Shown: one piece after another, positions 38,437-53,600 of the stretch
How positions within the stretch are numbered: the first letter of the stretch is position 1
How the letters are laid out: each line of letters begins with the position of its first letter
Assembly (NCBI GenBank): GCA_964247055.1
Contig: OZ176051.1
Location: 10,292,001 to 10,356,000 of the forward strand
Source: Paragordius varius
Taxonomy: Eukaryota > Animalia > Nematomorpha
Direction: 5' to 3'
Length of the DNA: 64,000 nucleotides
Position numbers and translations under genes: made by a program
Notes under the pieces: model-generated
What the model was told of the DNA's origin: nothing
Seen by the model: the letters and a program-made list of their open reading frames with translations, nothing else
The model's database searches: none

Positions 38437-40745
38437 TATCACAGTAAAGTTAAAACAAAATTTTTTTAAAAAAACGTAGAATATCCAAAAGTGAAAATTG
38501 TGGAAAAGTCCCTCTTTCAACGCCGCTTGGATGGAATTGTTTAAGTAGGATAATATATATATTTAAATCTAAATATTTTTGAAAAATGTTTTATGCAAAT
38601 CAAAAATATAAATTGGCATTTGTTATTTTCCGGGAATATGAGAGCTATAACGGAGCAACAATAAATAATATAATAAGTAATAGTTAATTAAACTAATGGA
38701 ATTGAAAAAATTAATATGTTTGTGTGTATGTGGGTAATTTAAGATAAGTTGTGTAATTAATTTGCAAAAACTTGCCAACCAGCCATAAAATGATAAAAAA
38801 ATTTAGTGTACACGGATTTTAATTATTTTAAAAGGATTGTTTTTGTGTGCCTTTGTTAAAAGTGTTGTAGATGTGTGTCTGAATGTCAAACTAACTATAA
38901 TACCCAGCGCGCATAAAAGAAAGATAAAACAAAAAATTGGAATATAAAATTCTTGTGTCTTTAAGAAAAATAAACTATTTGATGGGACAACAACACTGAT
39001 TTAGTAGATGGAGAAAGAATAAAGCATAAAGCAAACTCTAAGGAGGAATCCTGAAAATAAAAATGGAAAATGTGTGAAATGTGATAAAAAAATATTATAT
39101 ACAACAGCAATGTGGTGACGATGGAAATTATGAATAATAAATACAATATTAATAATAATGGAGTTTTAGAATTCTAGCTGCAATATACTTTACAGGGTTT
39201 GACATAAAATATGGAACAAACACAATTTTTCTTGTTGTCAAAGGAAACGGAACACTTTTAAAACTTCTTTTTCCTTGTAAAATGAATTTACAAAACAATA
39301 TAATAGTGAAAAGCTAAAAATGCATTAAAATCAATTAGTTAAAAATAATTTATCAAAAAGGAAAATTATTAATATTTCTCTAAAATCTTTTTAGTTCGAA
39401 CTTGGGGGCCATAAGTGAAAGCATCCAAAAAAATTAATTTGTTTAAATTAAATATATACATTTACGCATAAAAAATTAATTAAAACTAAAATTGTAAAAG
39501 TTAAATCTTTCCATATCTATATATCGCAAAATAACTTTATGTACCTGTCACCAATTAATTTATAGCAATTATATTTCAAAATGTAAATGAAGAGATGAGA
39601 ATCGTTTTTTAAATGCATACAGATATAAACGTTTGAATTCAATATTAGGAATAATATAGTAAGTTACACATTTTTGATTCCAAAAATATTGAGCAAGTAA
39701 TTCCAATAAAAAAATTATTATTTCAAAGAAAAAAAAGGAAAAAAAGTGACAGTTTTTTATTTTATACTTATTTAATTTTTTTACTGGGCTTAATAATTTT
39801 CTTTACCTGTATTTCACTTCTAAATATGAGATTTTTGAAAAAGCACATATTATTGTTTAAAATAATTATCCTTATATTCCTTCCGTTATATATATATATA
39901 TATATATAATATTGGGGGAAGGTGTCAGATATAATTAATAAAAATGCATAGAATTATGTAAAAAAAATCATTAAAATCTTAAAAAAAGTAACATAAGATT
40001 TTGGTTTATAGATTAATATAAAAATATATTTTATATAAAATAAAAAATGGTAATATATCTTTTATTTTTATGCGAAAAATGGCTTTTTCTAAATTAATTT
40101 TTTTTATTACCGGGCATTGGTTATATGTAAAAACTAAAAATAATAAATATTCATGATAAAATCCTTAGACTGTATTCTAATTTTTTCTTTTATTAATATA
40201 ACTAACTTTAACATGAAATATCTCTCTATTTAAAAGTATAAATTACCATTTACAGTTATTTTGTGGAGGAAATTGTCATTTTTGAAGCCATCCAAATTAA
40301 ATTTATGCATATAAAAACATTTTTTAAACTTTAAATTGCAGGAATCGCAAAACCTTTTTTTGTGTTTTCTTCGATCCAGGTTTAGATTCCATAATCCAAA
40401 TATCTTCATAACAAATTAGCTGTTATTTTAGTTAATGGTTCTGATCAATTAAATATATTTAGCTTTGATTATTTTATTTTGGATAAAAAAAATAGATATA
40501 AGCATAAAAATTTTACAATGAAAGCTAAAATTTTGTTGACCAAAATAATCTAACAATATTTTTAAAAGGCGAACAGTTAGCGAATCTAATAAAATATAAA
40601 AAGGAAATTGGTTAAAAATTAATATTATAAAGTTAAATTTATTTCAAATAAAAATTTCTTAGTTTTATACAAAGATCTTGATTTATTACATGTTTATATA
40701 ATTAAATAAATTATATTGTAGTATTGGTATTATTATATATAATTA

Positions 40746-41791
40746 CTAGCGTAAATCTCGTGCTGCTACGCAGCCCGAGGAAGTCCTTCGGACTTCTGGG
40801 GGGGCTATTTGAAATAAGGGACAATAAAATGATCCACATATGTGGATTATTTCGAAACATTATTTAATAGATATTATTTTATAGGAATTTTAAAACGGAG
40901 CATACATACTAATATATTGTTTAATTGGGGAAAAATAGATTTAAAAAATTATTTTTGTGGACTTTTTTTAAAAATGGCATTTTACGGGGGGAGCGGGTAA
41001 AAAGAGGGCCTACATTAAAAAGGTGAGTCGACTATGTTCGGCGCGATCAAAAATAAGTGAACAAAAATCATATTTGAAATTGAATTGTCCAACACGTTTT
41101 CCGGAAAATTGACTTAACCCATTTTTCACACGGGGTAGGCCCGAACTGGGGACCTAATTCCAAAAAAGGGCGAAGCTGTTGTCGGGACATTTATTAATAA
41201 TTAAAATTTTTCGATATTTGGATATGATTGGGTTCACCGGTTTTCCGGAAACAGAGCACAAAGTTACATGAGGAATCAGTTTTTAGCGGGTAGCTCCTCA
41301 CCCAGCAGCTATCATCAAAGAAACGCTTCACTAAAATTTTTGCTTTTTAACAGGGATGGAATTCCTATAGCATTTTTACGGTCTCATACCTAGAGCGAAA
41401 AATAGATTTAAAAAATTATTTTTGTGGATTTTGTTTTTTGAAAAAAATGGCATTTTACGGGGGGGGCGGGTAAAAAGAGGGCCTAAATCAAAAAGTGACT
41501 CGACTATGTTCGGCGCAATCGAAAATAAGTAAACAAAAATTAAGAATGGTCCAACACGTTCTCCAGAAAATTGTCTCAAAGACACGATTTTTGTGGACTT
41601 CAGTTTTCAAAAAAAACGTTTTTCACACGGGGTGGGCCCGAACTGGGGGCCTATTTCAAAAAACGGGCGAATCTATTGTCGGGGCATTCATTAATGATTA
41701 TATTTTTTCGAAGTTTGGATTTGAATGGGTCTACCGGTTTTCCGGTACCAGATCACAAAGCCAGCATTTTCCATTTTTATAAATATATACC
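40746..41791 (-). mobile_element. Non-autonomous Helitron, copy 2
   Basis: Reverse-oriented. CTAG end at 40746-40749 with the same double hairpin; the 5' TATATATTTATAAAAATGG lacks an intact TC. Confidence 0.9.
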
Positions 41792-44700
41792 AAAATATTG
41801 TTTAAAATTTTGGCTGAAAGACCGATTAAATTCTATTTATTAGGGTATTTGGTAAAGTGAATTTGTTGGGTCATATTGTAAAACATCTTAATTAAATATT
41901 TTTATGCTCTTTAACTAGCCATTATATAAATTTTAAAACATTATATTCGATTCCTGAATATTTCAGGCTAATTGAACGTTTTAATGTTAAAGAGCATTTA
42001 TTGAAAACATTATGGGTTAATCATTTTAGCGACATATTTTTAGATGTCATCGAGAATTCGTTTCCCATATAAACTATTTTACTTTGAAAACAAACCTTAA
42101 ATCCGTATATTTGATGATTAAATTTTGACATTTTGTTGTATTTTAAAAATTATGTCATTAGACACAGGGCCACAGTTCCAAATTTAAATCAATTTCTCGT
42201 CATTGGTAGTTATTAAAACCAGAACACATATATAGTTTATATTTTTATAAAATTTGGTCAGATCTCAAATACAATTGAAAAAATGCCTATTATTTAATAG
42301 TTTTGACTTATAAAACTTATAAATAAGATTATTATGCACAAAAAGCTGAATTAAAATGACAATATATGTGTAAAAAAATTAAATGTACCATTATGATAAT
42401 TTATAGTGTAAGTAGTTTTGAATGTTAATACATAATCCTAAATATACCATTTCCTATGTGGAAAAATTTTAAATTATATAGTATACAACAGTAATAATAT
42501 TGGTATTAAAGGGTGACTTTAATTGGTAAATTGGGAAAATATGAGGCGTGTGAGATATAGCTTAAATCTTGAAGAGCATTTACATTTTTTTTCTAAGCAC
42601 TAAATAGTAACCCTTAAAACCAATATAATATTTTTTACTGTAATGATATGTAAATGAATGCCTTTTTAACAATATTCGCGATATAATTATATTAACTGTA
42701 TCTATTTCAGTATGGTCTATTAATATTAATATCATAAAATAATAATGTGGTAATAATCTAGTTGCAGTTAAGTATGTTCCGTTAACGGAATATAAATCAA
42801 TTAATTATGATTTTATGTAATAAATAAGACGGTAAAACTCTAAAAACTTTTTTTAATAGCCACCACCAAATAATGAAGCCATTCTTATAGTATGTGATAA
42901 TCGAAAAATATGTTAAGATTTATGATAACAATAATAATATCATTCAAGATATTTTCATCATAAAATTAGAAAAGTAAAAAGCATAAGTGCAAAAAGTGTT
43001 TAATTGACATTAAATTGCTTAATTTTATAAATCAATCAATATATCAATCAACCAGTTTTCCGTTCAAAGGATTCAAGCTTAAAATAATAACAATATGCGC
43101 TAAAAATATGATTGAAAAAACAAAAACAAATAATGTTGTTATGGATTTCATATAGTAAAAATCTATCGATTGTTCGACTAATCAAATTAATCGTTAGTTG
43201 GAACTCATTTTTCTTGTTATGGTGGGAAAATTATACCACGCAGCCGAAAGACGAATTGATTCTCTACAGTGGTCCACACAATGAATAAATAGTAAGGTGG
43301 CTATAACTTATTTCAAATACCCTTTTTAAACCAATTCATTTTAACAAAATTTTTAATTCAAACAATGTGAATTGGAATGAAGAATAAAATCGTGTGACTT
43401 CAATATGTAAAGCTCTGTCTGGTCCCGATTATTAAAAGGTCAACCGAATAATAATTGTAAATTGTTTTATTGATTATTATCTAAAAACTTGTGATATTCT
43501 AGCTACTCATGCCCTATTATAAAAACTATAAAACTCAGTATATATGTATTTTATTCAAAGTTTATGCCAAGTGTCAGCAAACTAAAAATAAGCATAGTAA
43601 ATTCGATTATTGTTATTTAGCTCCACCTGTGGCCTCTATTCACTAAGAAAACAATCATTATAAATGAGAAATATACGCAAAATTTATTTAGTTAACAATA
43701 AAATATTAAACCGCACCTTTTTCTGCAAATACACGATCAGGGAGAATGCCTGGACCCTGTTACTCAAAATTGTAAAAAAAATCTATTTAGTACGGCAGTA
43801 GAAGTCCAAGATTTTTAACAACATTTAAATACCCTTTTATCTATATATAATACCGAAATGGTCATTAAAAGCTCTCGTTACTGTAATAAACATGCATAAT
43901 CTTACTTTCTCGAACTAAATTTATTACCTCTTATTTTAGGGATGAATAGGTTGTAAGATATTCATATATTTTAGGAAAATAATTTAATATAATAAACTAC
44001 AAGATATGATAATTTCATAAATATAGGGTCAAAAATATGGATGGTGTTTTCGGATAAATGAGTTACAAGCTTTAGTAATCTTAAAATTCAGAGATTAGGT
44101 TGCCTATAACGCAGCTAAAAATTTAATTAAACGGTGACCTTTTTTAGATTTTAGTCAAAATTAAAAATGTTTAAAATTAAATGAATGATAAGTTTATGAT
44201 TCAATTAACCGGCATGTATTATATTTTCCAAGAGTGTATTTTCTTCTATTGTATACAGGGAGTTTTAAAATTCTAGCTTCTTTACTTATAAAAAGTAACC
44301 CGTTTACCTGAGATGAGAAAAAAAACATATTTTTTTATAAAATAATTAAAAAACATAGTGTACCGAATTGGTTATCATGTTTATGGGAAAACTCAAAGTT
44401 TTTAAACCATTATTTTTAGTTATTATTATATGTCAAACCATTCAAATTTTTTTATTTTTTCAATTAAGACGCTCTACTTTATAAAAGCTAAGGTTTATTA
44501 AAACACCAAAATTACTACATCCTTATTTATAAGTTATTAAATAATATTTTATAACAAAATTTATGTAAAAGAACACCGCTGAAAATTATTTTTTTGGCGT
44601 TTTTTTAACGTACCCAATTTTTTTCGGATTTGAAAGGTGGTTACCAAAATTATATTAGTTTAAACTCATTAATATTATTTTAAAATATCTATTGATCATA

Positions 44701-44916
44701 ATTATTCAATCATTAATGCATATTAATGTTGCTTACCATTATTTTTAAATACAGTAGTGTATGATATAAAACAAATTTTGTTCATAATTAAGCAAATTCA
44801 AAAAATAATTATAATATGAACCATTTGTTGTTTTTTACCCATACGCTACTGTGTTGCCAATTGGCCAAAATACTGTGAATTGAACAACATTAATGTGCAT
44901 ACTGTATATTCTAAAC

Positions 44917-45195
44917 CAGGGGTGTCCAACATTCGGCGCTCCATGACATTAAGTGTGGCCCGTAAAAATTTTCATAATTAAATATGATCACATAATCTTA
45001 GTAAAATTGATAACTATAAAACAAATTATCTATTAAAAACTCCAACTAGAAATTGTTTTAGTCTGTTAACAGTTTACAGTTGTCATGTTTGTAACTAATA
45101 AAATAATATTTATTAATTCTCATTATATTTTGAATGCGGTATGTTGATTTTTTTGAAAATGCGGCCCATAAGTCGATTTGTGTTGTCCATCCCTG
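44917..45195. mobile_element. hAT (Charlie-type) MITE
   Basis: CAGGGGTGTCCAAC / GTTGTCCATCCCTG ends with flanks ttctaaac / ttgtaaat (6/8 TSD match). Confidence 0.7.
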
Positions 45196-45252
45196 TTGTA
45201 AATCCTTTTCAAATGCACATTCTTAAGTAGTTTGCATTTACAAATGCAATTT

Positions 45253-45586
45253 CAGGGGTGTCTAACACACAGGCCTTTGAAATATGTCCATTCAGCTAAA
45301 TAATTTAGCAAATACCAAATAATACGATATTCTATGATTTACAAAAATATGCTATTATATTTATCTGTATTAACAATTCGACAAATTTTCTAAAGAAGTC
45401 TTCCCATATTACGGCGATCGCGAAAATTGGTCAAACAAATAGTAGTTATATATGGTGGTTAGTTTAATACAGTCTTTGTAATCTAATAAAATTATTATAA
45501 AAAACTGATATACTTTTCGTATACGGGCCGCCGGTGTATTTGAGGGAAAATGCGGCCCGTTAAACCACTTGTGCTAAAAACCACTG
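45253..45586. mobile_element. hAT-type MITE related to 25890-26148
   Basis: Left end CAGGGGTGTCTAACAC, subterminal gggccgcc / gcggcccg, right end ..AACCACTG. No clear TSD. Confidence 0.4.
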
Positions 45587-45710
45587 TAAATGAAAAAAGC
45601 CGTTTAAATTAGTTGACCACTATAAATTATATCGTGTTAAAAAGACTAGGGTATTAAAAACTATTTGGATTGGAGAATACCTTTTGAGCTAATGCAAATT
45701 TGTCTTTTAA

Positions 45711-46261
45711 CACTTCGATTCAAATTGGGGTATCAAAATAACTCAGACTAAATTTAAATTAATATTTTCAAAAAAGTATTGAAGAAAACAGTCACAATTT
45801 AAATTTATGCTTCTATCCTAATAAAAATTATATAAATATGCCAAAATAAAATTGTGTTTTGAAAATCAAGTTCCATCTCAAACTACTTCGACGCCATTTT
45901 TATTTTACAAAACTTTTACAAAATATCGACTTCATTATATTTTAAAGGTAAAACTAAAGATAATTTTTTAAATAAATTACATTTAACATTGATAGAAATA
46001 GAAAAAGCGGTTTATTTTGTATTATTTTTTAATTTGAGAATTTGACACATGTCACGTTGACGAAATTTTTACCTTTCCAGTTTTAGCTTAAAATTAGTAT
46101 TATCAAGTATTTTTGAATTAAACTTTTTATATATTTCGGTTTATTAATGTTATATAAGTGAAAAATTTTGTCATGGTTTCGATTGATTTTTAACAGGCCT
46201 GGGGTATCCAACTACCCCAATTTGAATCGAAGGACTAAAATGAGTGTGTTGTATCCAAGTG
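45711..46261 (+). mobile_element. piggyBac-like MITE family C, copy 2
   Basis: TTAA at 45707-45710 and 46262-46265. Collinear with 32262-32828. Confidence 0.8.
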
Positions 46262-47079
46262 TTAATAAAGTGATTTTGAAAGTAATTGACAACCGCCTAC
46301 AAAAATGTTTACATAAGCCGCAATTTTTTTTGTAATGATACATGCAATTATTTCATCATTCATCTAAAACTTTATAGATTTTCAAAGGAACATCCTCTAA
46401 AGCTATCTAAATCATATTTTTTGTTTACCGATATATGCGTCTGAATTTTTAACATAAATAATTATTAAAAAAATTGTTGAATAGAAAATTTGAGAATAAT
46501 AATGAAACCGATTATTTAGCAGGCAAATTTGTCTTTCTCTTTTTATCATTTTACTTTTTAAAACGAATCACCAAAATATTTTTTAATTTAGTCATGAGTT
46601 AGGAATATATTTAGTCCTAAATAAATTAATTTTATATGGAAAAAATGTTAAGTGTTGATGAACAATTAGGTTTATTCATCCAAAAAATTTGGTTTTCACA
46701 ATGAATTGGAAAGAGACGACTGTCAAAAAATTAAATTAATCAAAATGTCACATTTTCTGTGATTGTATTCATAAAAGTTTTTTTTTCATAAAAAATAGAA
46801 AAACCTTAAAAATTATGGTTAACTAAGGATAGGATTAATGTTTGTACTAAATTTATTATCGTGTATATAAACGACTTCTTTTTTATGTCATAAACTTTCA
46901 GGCTAAAAATGAAAATCAATTATCAAATCATAATTTAAATCATGTGAGCTTAAATTTGATTTATATATGTTATAAGGGATTGGGATTTTGTCCATGCTAT
47001 CAAATTTTATATTATTTATAGTAAATGACTCTTTCATCTAAACAAGAGAAAGATTGATAAGAAAGAAATATAGGAATAA

Positions 47080-47634
47080 TCTATATATTTATAAAAATGG
47101 AAAATGCTAGCTTTGTGATCTGGTATCGGAAAACAGGTAGACCCATTCAAATCCACACTTCGAAAAAATATAATCATTAATGAATGCCCCGACAATAACT
47201 TCGCCTTTTTTAAAATAGGCCCCCAGTTCGGGTCCACCCCGTGTGAAAAACGGTTTTTTTGAAAATAGAAGTCCACAAAAATCGTGTCTTTGAGACAATT
47301 TTCTGGAAAACGTGTTGGATCATTCAATTTCAAATATGATTTTTGTTTACTTATTTTTGATTGCGCCGAAAATAGTCGTCTCGCTTTTTTGATTTGGTCC
47401 CTCTTTTTACCCGCTCCCCCCGTAAAATGCCATTTTCTTTAAAAAAACAAAGTCCACAAAAATAATTTTTTAAATCTATTTTTCCCCCTAATTAAACAAT
47501 ATATTAGTATGAATGCTCCGTTTTAAAATTCCTATAAAATAAAATCTATTAAATGTTTCGAAATAATCCACATAGGTCCCCCAGAAGTCCGAAGGACTTC
47601 CTCGGGCTGCGTAGCAGCACGAGATTTATGCTGG
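47080..47634 (+). mobile_element. Non-autonomous Helitron, copy 3 (short)
   Basis: a|TCTATATATTTATAAAAATGG ... double hairpin ... CTGG|t (CTRR end). Confidence 0.9.
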
Positions 47635-47716
47635 TAATTAATAAAAACCAAGGGACATGAATTTTATTGGTCGATGAAATGTATTTTGTTTTAATTTCGA
47701 TTCTGCATCTAGTTTA

Positions 47717-47963
47717 GAGAGGCATAGCTTGCATTTCTGGTACCCCTCTCATTCTCTATGCCACCCCTTGCATTTTAAAAAGTAATCAAATTCAAACCGT
47801 GGTGACCACTCATAAATGGGTGATTTTTTTACGCATTATTCAAAATAGAAACTTATAAATACCTATTTTTTTAAAAAAAATAAAATTTTTAATGATTCGG
47901 CGACCCTTCAACTATGGCACCCAGTACATCAGCCCCCCTTTCCGCTTTCTAGCTACGCCTTCT
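47717..47963 (-). mobile_element. hAT-like MITE family F, copy 2
   Basis: Ends GAGAGGCATAGCT / AGCTACGCCTTCT. Inverted homology to 34245-34441. Confidence 0.6.
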
Positions 47964-48833
47964 AATTAGATCATATTGGTTGTTTGACAAAAAATGTGTG
48001 TCTTACTTATTTTACATTTGTCTGTATAATTTTCAATTTTTACTGTATTTTTAAAATTGGATTATTATTATAAATAACGTATTGTTTGTGGTTCAAAATA
48101 AGCAATAGAAATGTTTATTGGTAACACGCTCAATTTTATAATTTATTTAGAAAGTTTTGATGGAAAACAGGTTTGAAAAGTTAGGGTTCACTTTATTTTA
48201 CGATTTGCTTCAATTTTTACAGTAATTAATATTGGAGATTTGTTAAGTAAAACAAACTTTTTTTTCTAATAACACGCTTTACTTTGATATATTATTATAC
48301 CCATCCATTTATAGGATTTACGCTAAAAATCCGTCAATGGTTACACATTAAATAAAATTATCCTCAATCTCGTGTGTTTAAAATCTTTATGTAGAAATAA
48401 ATAAAATTTTTAACAAAATAAAATTTACTAGTTATATGTTCAAAAGTTTCATTGATTAACACATTTGGGTATTAAAATTCAAAAGTTTTGGCATATGTAT
48501 CGAGATAAACATCTAACTTTTATGATATTACACAAATGAATCGAAAGCAACTTACCTAAAAAGCAATTTTTAAATATAATACCATATAATATTTTTACAA
48601 CTCACTAATTATATACGCTAAATACGAAAATCTTCATTAGTAATTTTCCAATATCATAAAGAAAAAATTAAGGCTTGTTTACACTGTGTTTTGTAAAATC
48701 ATCCAATACGTTTAGATTTAAGGCCGAATAACCCAAATTAAAAGGGTCCATGACTAAGAAAGTAAACAATGATGACGAAAATAGAGGACAAACCCACCAA
48801 AATTTCGATCATTACACATAATTCAATATTAAA

Positions 48834-49193
48834 ATGAAATTTATTGGATATTTTTTATTCCTTTCAATCCTTGGATTACGAATTATTGAAGGAACTAAAG
48901 GTAGTTGTTTTAACTAATATAAATAAATATACAATAAATTTTTATTTTACATCGTTTTTTAGTTAAAAATTTATTATAAGTATCAATAACTATATTCTTC
49001 ACATATTTTTTTATTACCATTAGATGACAGCAATAAAGTGGATATAACAGTCAATGTAAAACCAAAAGCTGATAGCTTTCAAATTCGTATTACGTGGGCG
49101 CTTACCGATAAAAGAGATGATGAGAAATTTTTTGCATACCGTGTTTTAGTAACACAAAACAATCAAAAAATAATGGATACTATGTTGTTAAAG
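48834..49193 (+). CDS. 5' exons of a probable secreted or membrane protein with a fibronectin type III-like segment; 3' end unresolved
   Basis: Exon 1 (48834-48900) encodes signal peptide MKFIGYFLFLSILGLRIIEG. Exon 2 (49024-49193) joins in frame: VDITVNVKPKADSFQIRITWALTDKRDDEKFFAYRVLVTQ, with an FN3-like W and Y pattern. A downstream ENTQYVVYL follows a ccag acceptor near 49386. Confidence 0.55.
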
Positions 49194-50653
49194 GTTTATG
49201 ATTTAGTTTATGATTATTATTTAAATATTTTGGTAAAATTTTACAGTTGTAACAGGGTTTCTAAAATCCATTTTTTCAATGTCAAGCACAATGCAATTAG
49301 TTTAGAGCACAAAACAAATCATTTTACTTCAACGTGTTAATTTATTTTGTTTATAAACGCTTATTGAACTTACTATTTTAACCAGGAAAATACACAGTAT
49401 GTCGTTTATTTGTCAGAGTACCCTTTTTAGGCCCTAAGTTGTTAAACCTTACCTTAAAATAGTGGAAGGGCGGAACAAGCAAGCTTGAAAAATCCAAATC
49501 GTTATTTAATTATCAATATTTTACGACACTGTTTAACATGAATGTATCTTATTATTATACAAGGTGTTAATTTCATCGCTAGCTTTTATATATATTGCCA
49601 GATAGCATATACGGGACAATAAGCATTTATATTGGTGAACAATATAAAAGCGAAAAGCCTATAATAGTGCTCTTTAATTTTATTACTAAGTGTGATATTA
49701 ATTGATGAAAAACGGAAAATATATATTTAATCATATGGTAATAAATACGAGCAAAGCCACCCTGCCAATAACCAAATACAGAAATGTTTATTTAACTATC
49801 GTATTCAAGTGTTTTTTTCAAAAATACTTTGGATTTTGACTCTTGGAAAAAATATTTGTTGTAAAAACAAAAAAATCATAGATAGCTTTTAATCTTTCTT
49901 TCACCCTTCAATATTTTTAATGAACAATTTAAAACGCTTTATTATAAATTTAGGTAAAAACTTGAAATGTTTAAGAAATTATACAGGGACTTATTTCAAA
50001 AATTGGCGACTATATCGGCGTTGTCGTAAATAAAAAATTAATTTTAAATTACTTAAGATAAATTATTTTAAAGCCAACATTCTACATTTTAATTCGTATA
50101 CCATCTTTTGCCAACTTAAGTGTGGTATGGGGTAAAATTATTTCATTTTCCGGATACGTATAAACCAAATATATGTCCTATATATAAGTTGTATAAATAT
50201 TTTCCTTTTAATCGCAGCGCAAATATATTACATAAAATTGATATTTTTGAATCCTATTCTCTGAATGATAACAATAATTTTAAAAAATATATAATTGATG
50301 AATTTAGGCTGCCACAAACAAACGTATTTTCGAAGTGGATCACAGAGGCAAATATCAAGTCACAATAAAGACAATGATTAATGAAAAGGAAATTTTATTG
50401 GGCACAAAATCGTTTGTGGTATAGCCTTTAAAAAACTGACATCCATTCAAAACTTGTCTTACATCTCAATTAAAAAAATTACCGTACCCTAAGCATTAAA
50501 TGAATTATTCATTCACTTATATCACATAAAACTTTATTTATATGTGTTGACGAAATATACAAATTATAGCAAATATATACAGTTTAAAAAGTAAGCAGGC
50601 AATAAATTCAAATCTAGTAATATATTATTATAATGGTAGGTATTATCAGAGCA

Positions 50654-53600
50654 TCAGTTTTTTGAGGACATACTTTGTTCAAGTTCGATTCTCTTTTGCA
50701 TAACCTAATTTTTTATAATATTTTAGAATGGTATATCAAATAAAAAAAAGATAATAAAATTTATAATTATCACCAATTTTAAAGGAAAGTGGTCCTTGTT
50801 TTAAAAAAATTTTGGTTATTTAAGCCATAACATAATTTACACACTATTTGATCATTTTTTTGTGAAAATTGAAAACAATATTACTATTGTTATAAAAATA
50901 TCAAATAAATTAATTAAGAACTAAAAATTTAATTTTATCAGTAAAATACGAAAACAATCATGATGTTGGTAATTAACTGCGAGTGTATTTTGCAAATAGT
51001 ATGTAATTCTATATAAGGGGCATTTAAATGTGTAATATCATTAAAAAAACCTTATTATGGATGTATCTTTGAACAGCCTCCTCTATCCACGGTAATGTAA
51101 AATAATTTGCCAATCGTTCGCTTTCGGGATTTCCTACTGTGTCCGTTATAACCTAATTAATAAAAAAATAACCGTTTATATAGTATTAGCAATCACAACT
51201 ATATAAATACATGGATCACAAAAATTATATATTCACAATAATCATAAAAAACTGTAAAAAGAGAATTTATGAAGAAGTGAACGGTAAACTTTTCAAATCC
51301 TCAAATGATATTTTATTTTCCAATCATTTTAAATTTTATTATATTTACGAAAAAATTAATTTACATTTTTGCATTTTCATATATAATCCCCCACATACAA
51401 ATGCAATTTCTTTCATTAAATTTATCAATAAAATTCATGCATTCAAATGTGAAAGGTTTAGTTTATGGCGGTTTCATAAAATAAAGAGTAAAAAATTTAT
51501 ACACCATAAAATTTAATATTTAAGGCAACATTTTTATGTTTTTTTTACCTTTAAATCTTCACTTTGATTGTGTAACCAAGTACTTATAAATTCTTGTGGA
51601 TCCTCAGCAAAATTCATAAAAAAATCACGATTAGTTTTGAGATTATATATGGTTTCAATTGTTTCTTGAATCTATGGATATGCAAGTAATAACAAATAAA
51701 TATATTATCAAAAGTGTTTATAAATTAAATTATTTGATATCAACATTTCAGCGAGATATATAACATTTTCTAGTAAAATATTCAACTTTATGATCCAATT
51801 GCGTAATTTCCGGTTGATTATTGGTTGCTATAATAAAATTTATCATCTGTGCTTTCAAAGGGTCATCCTATAAATTTAAAAAATTATAAAAATAACATAT
51901 AAAAATTAGCAAAAAATATTGTCATTATTTACAATTTTGTAGCTAATATGTTTTTAAAATCATAATTTTTTTTGACTTGATTTGCGAAAAAATTTACATT
52001 AAGCTGATAGATTCAAACTATGAAACTTGAAAAAGAGAGGTGTTAAAGACATATATGATCGGGTAAAATTTAATCTCTTTGACATGTGTGGTATAGGGTA
52101 AATTGACAAATATAAAATTATAAAACTAAAATTACACCAAACAACAAATTTTTCTGCCAAACGAGAATATTGATAAAATTTTGTTCTAATTTAGACTAAA
52201 AATTAAAAAACTAAGGATTTTTCAAAAAAATCTGTTTTTTGCTAAAAGGAAAATTTACATGTTAATTAAATATTTTAATGACTAAATTGCTTTATCCAAG
52301 CATATTATATATCAATTGAGATATCGTGAAGTTCTCTAGATAAAATTAAAAAAGTTAAGTATGCGATTGATATTAATAAGATATGTTTACATATCATTTG
52401 CGTTTGGTTTAATTATTATTTTTATTATATATTTAAAATGGTATAATTTGGATTATGTCAATTCACAGTTATTTGTAATATCTTAAGACTGATGAATTTA
52501 TAATAATAATCTGTTTTTTATTTATTTTTGTTTGTTTTCAATAAGATGATATGAATACCAATTGTGGTAGTGATACGTGAATATATTTATCATTAATTAG
52601 ATGGCCTATAAAGAAATTCTTTAAAATAATATTGTCCTTTTTTTATCCAATTTTTTTTCGTCAAATAAAAACTAATAAAAACGAAAAAATAAGATCTCTA
52701 TGGTATTAACAATATGATATTCATTGAAAAAGTAAAAGATGTGTGGGAGATCATTCATTAAAAAGTATATGTGTGGGCAAAAGGCGTCCAACAATGTTGT
52801 GCAACAAATAAACAAACAAAATTTTTTACTAAAAGATAATTATAAGATTTTGCTAAAAATTTACTACCAGTATCTTTTAACATAATTTTAAGATAAAGAG
52901 TAGGTACTCAGTATTTTCTGATTAAACATCATTAACAAATATGATTTTCCGCCCCCTTTTCCCACACTTCTTTTACTTTTTAACACTTGGAGACAACACA
53001 TTTATTTAGTCCTTCGATTCAAATTGGGGTAGTTAAATACCCCAGGCCTGTTTAAAATTAAATTCTTTAAAAAATATGGATCGAATCGAAATCATGGCAA
53101 AATTTTGCACTTATATAACATTAATAAACCGAAATATATAAAAAATTTTATTCAAAAATAATTGATATTACTTATTTTAAGCTAAAACCGAAAGGTAAAA
53201 ATTTAGTCAACGATACATGTGTACAATGGTAAAATTAAAAAATAATACAAAATAAACCGCTTTTTCAATTTCTATCAATGTTAAATGTAATTTTAATAAA
53301 AAATAAGCTTTAATTTTACCCTTAAAATTAAATGAAGACGATATTTTGCAAAATTTTTGCAAAATAAAAATGGCGTCGAAGTAGTTTGACATGGAACTTT
53401 TTTTTCAAAACAAAATTTTATTGAGATATTTTGGCATATTCATATAATTTTTATTAGGATAGAAGCATAAATTTAAATTTAAACCGTTTCCTTCAGTAGT
53501 TTTTTAAAAATCCTAACTCAAATTTAGTCTGGGGTATTTAGATACCCCAATTTGAATCGAAGTGTTAATGAATGATATTGTTTTTCCCATTCTTGAACAA

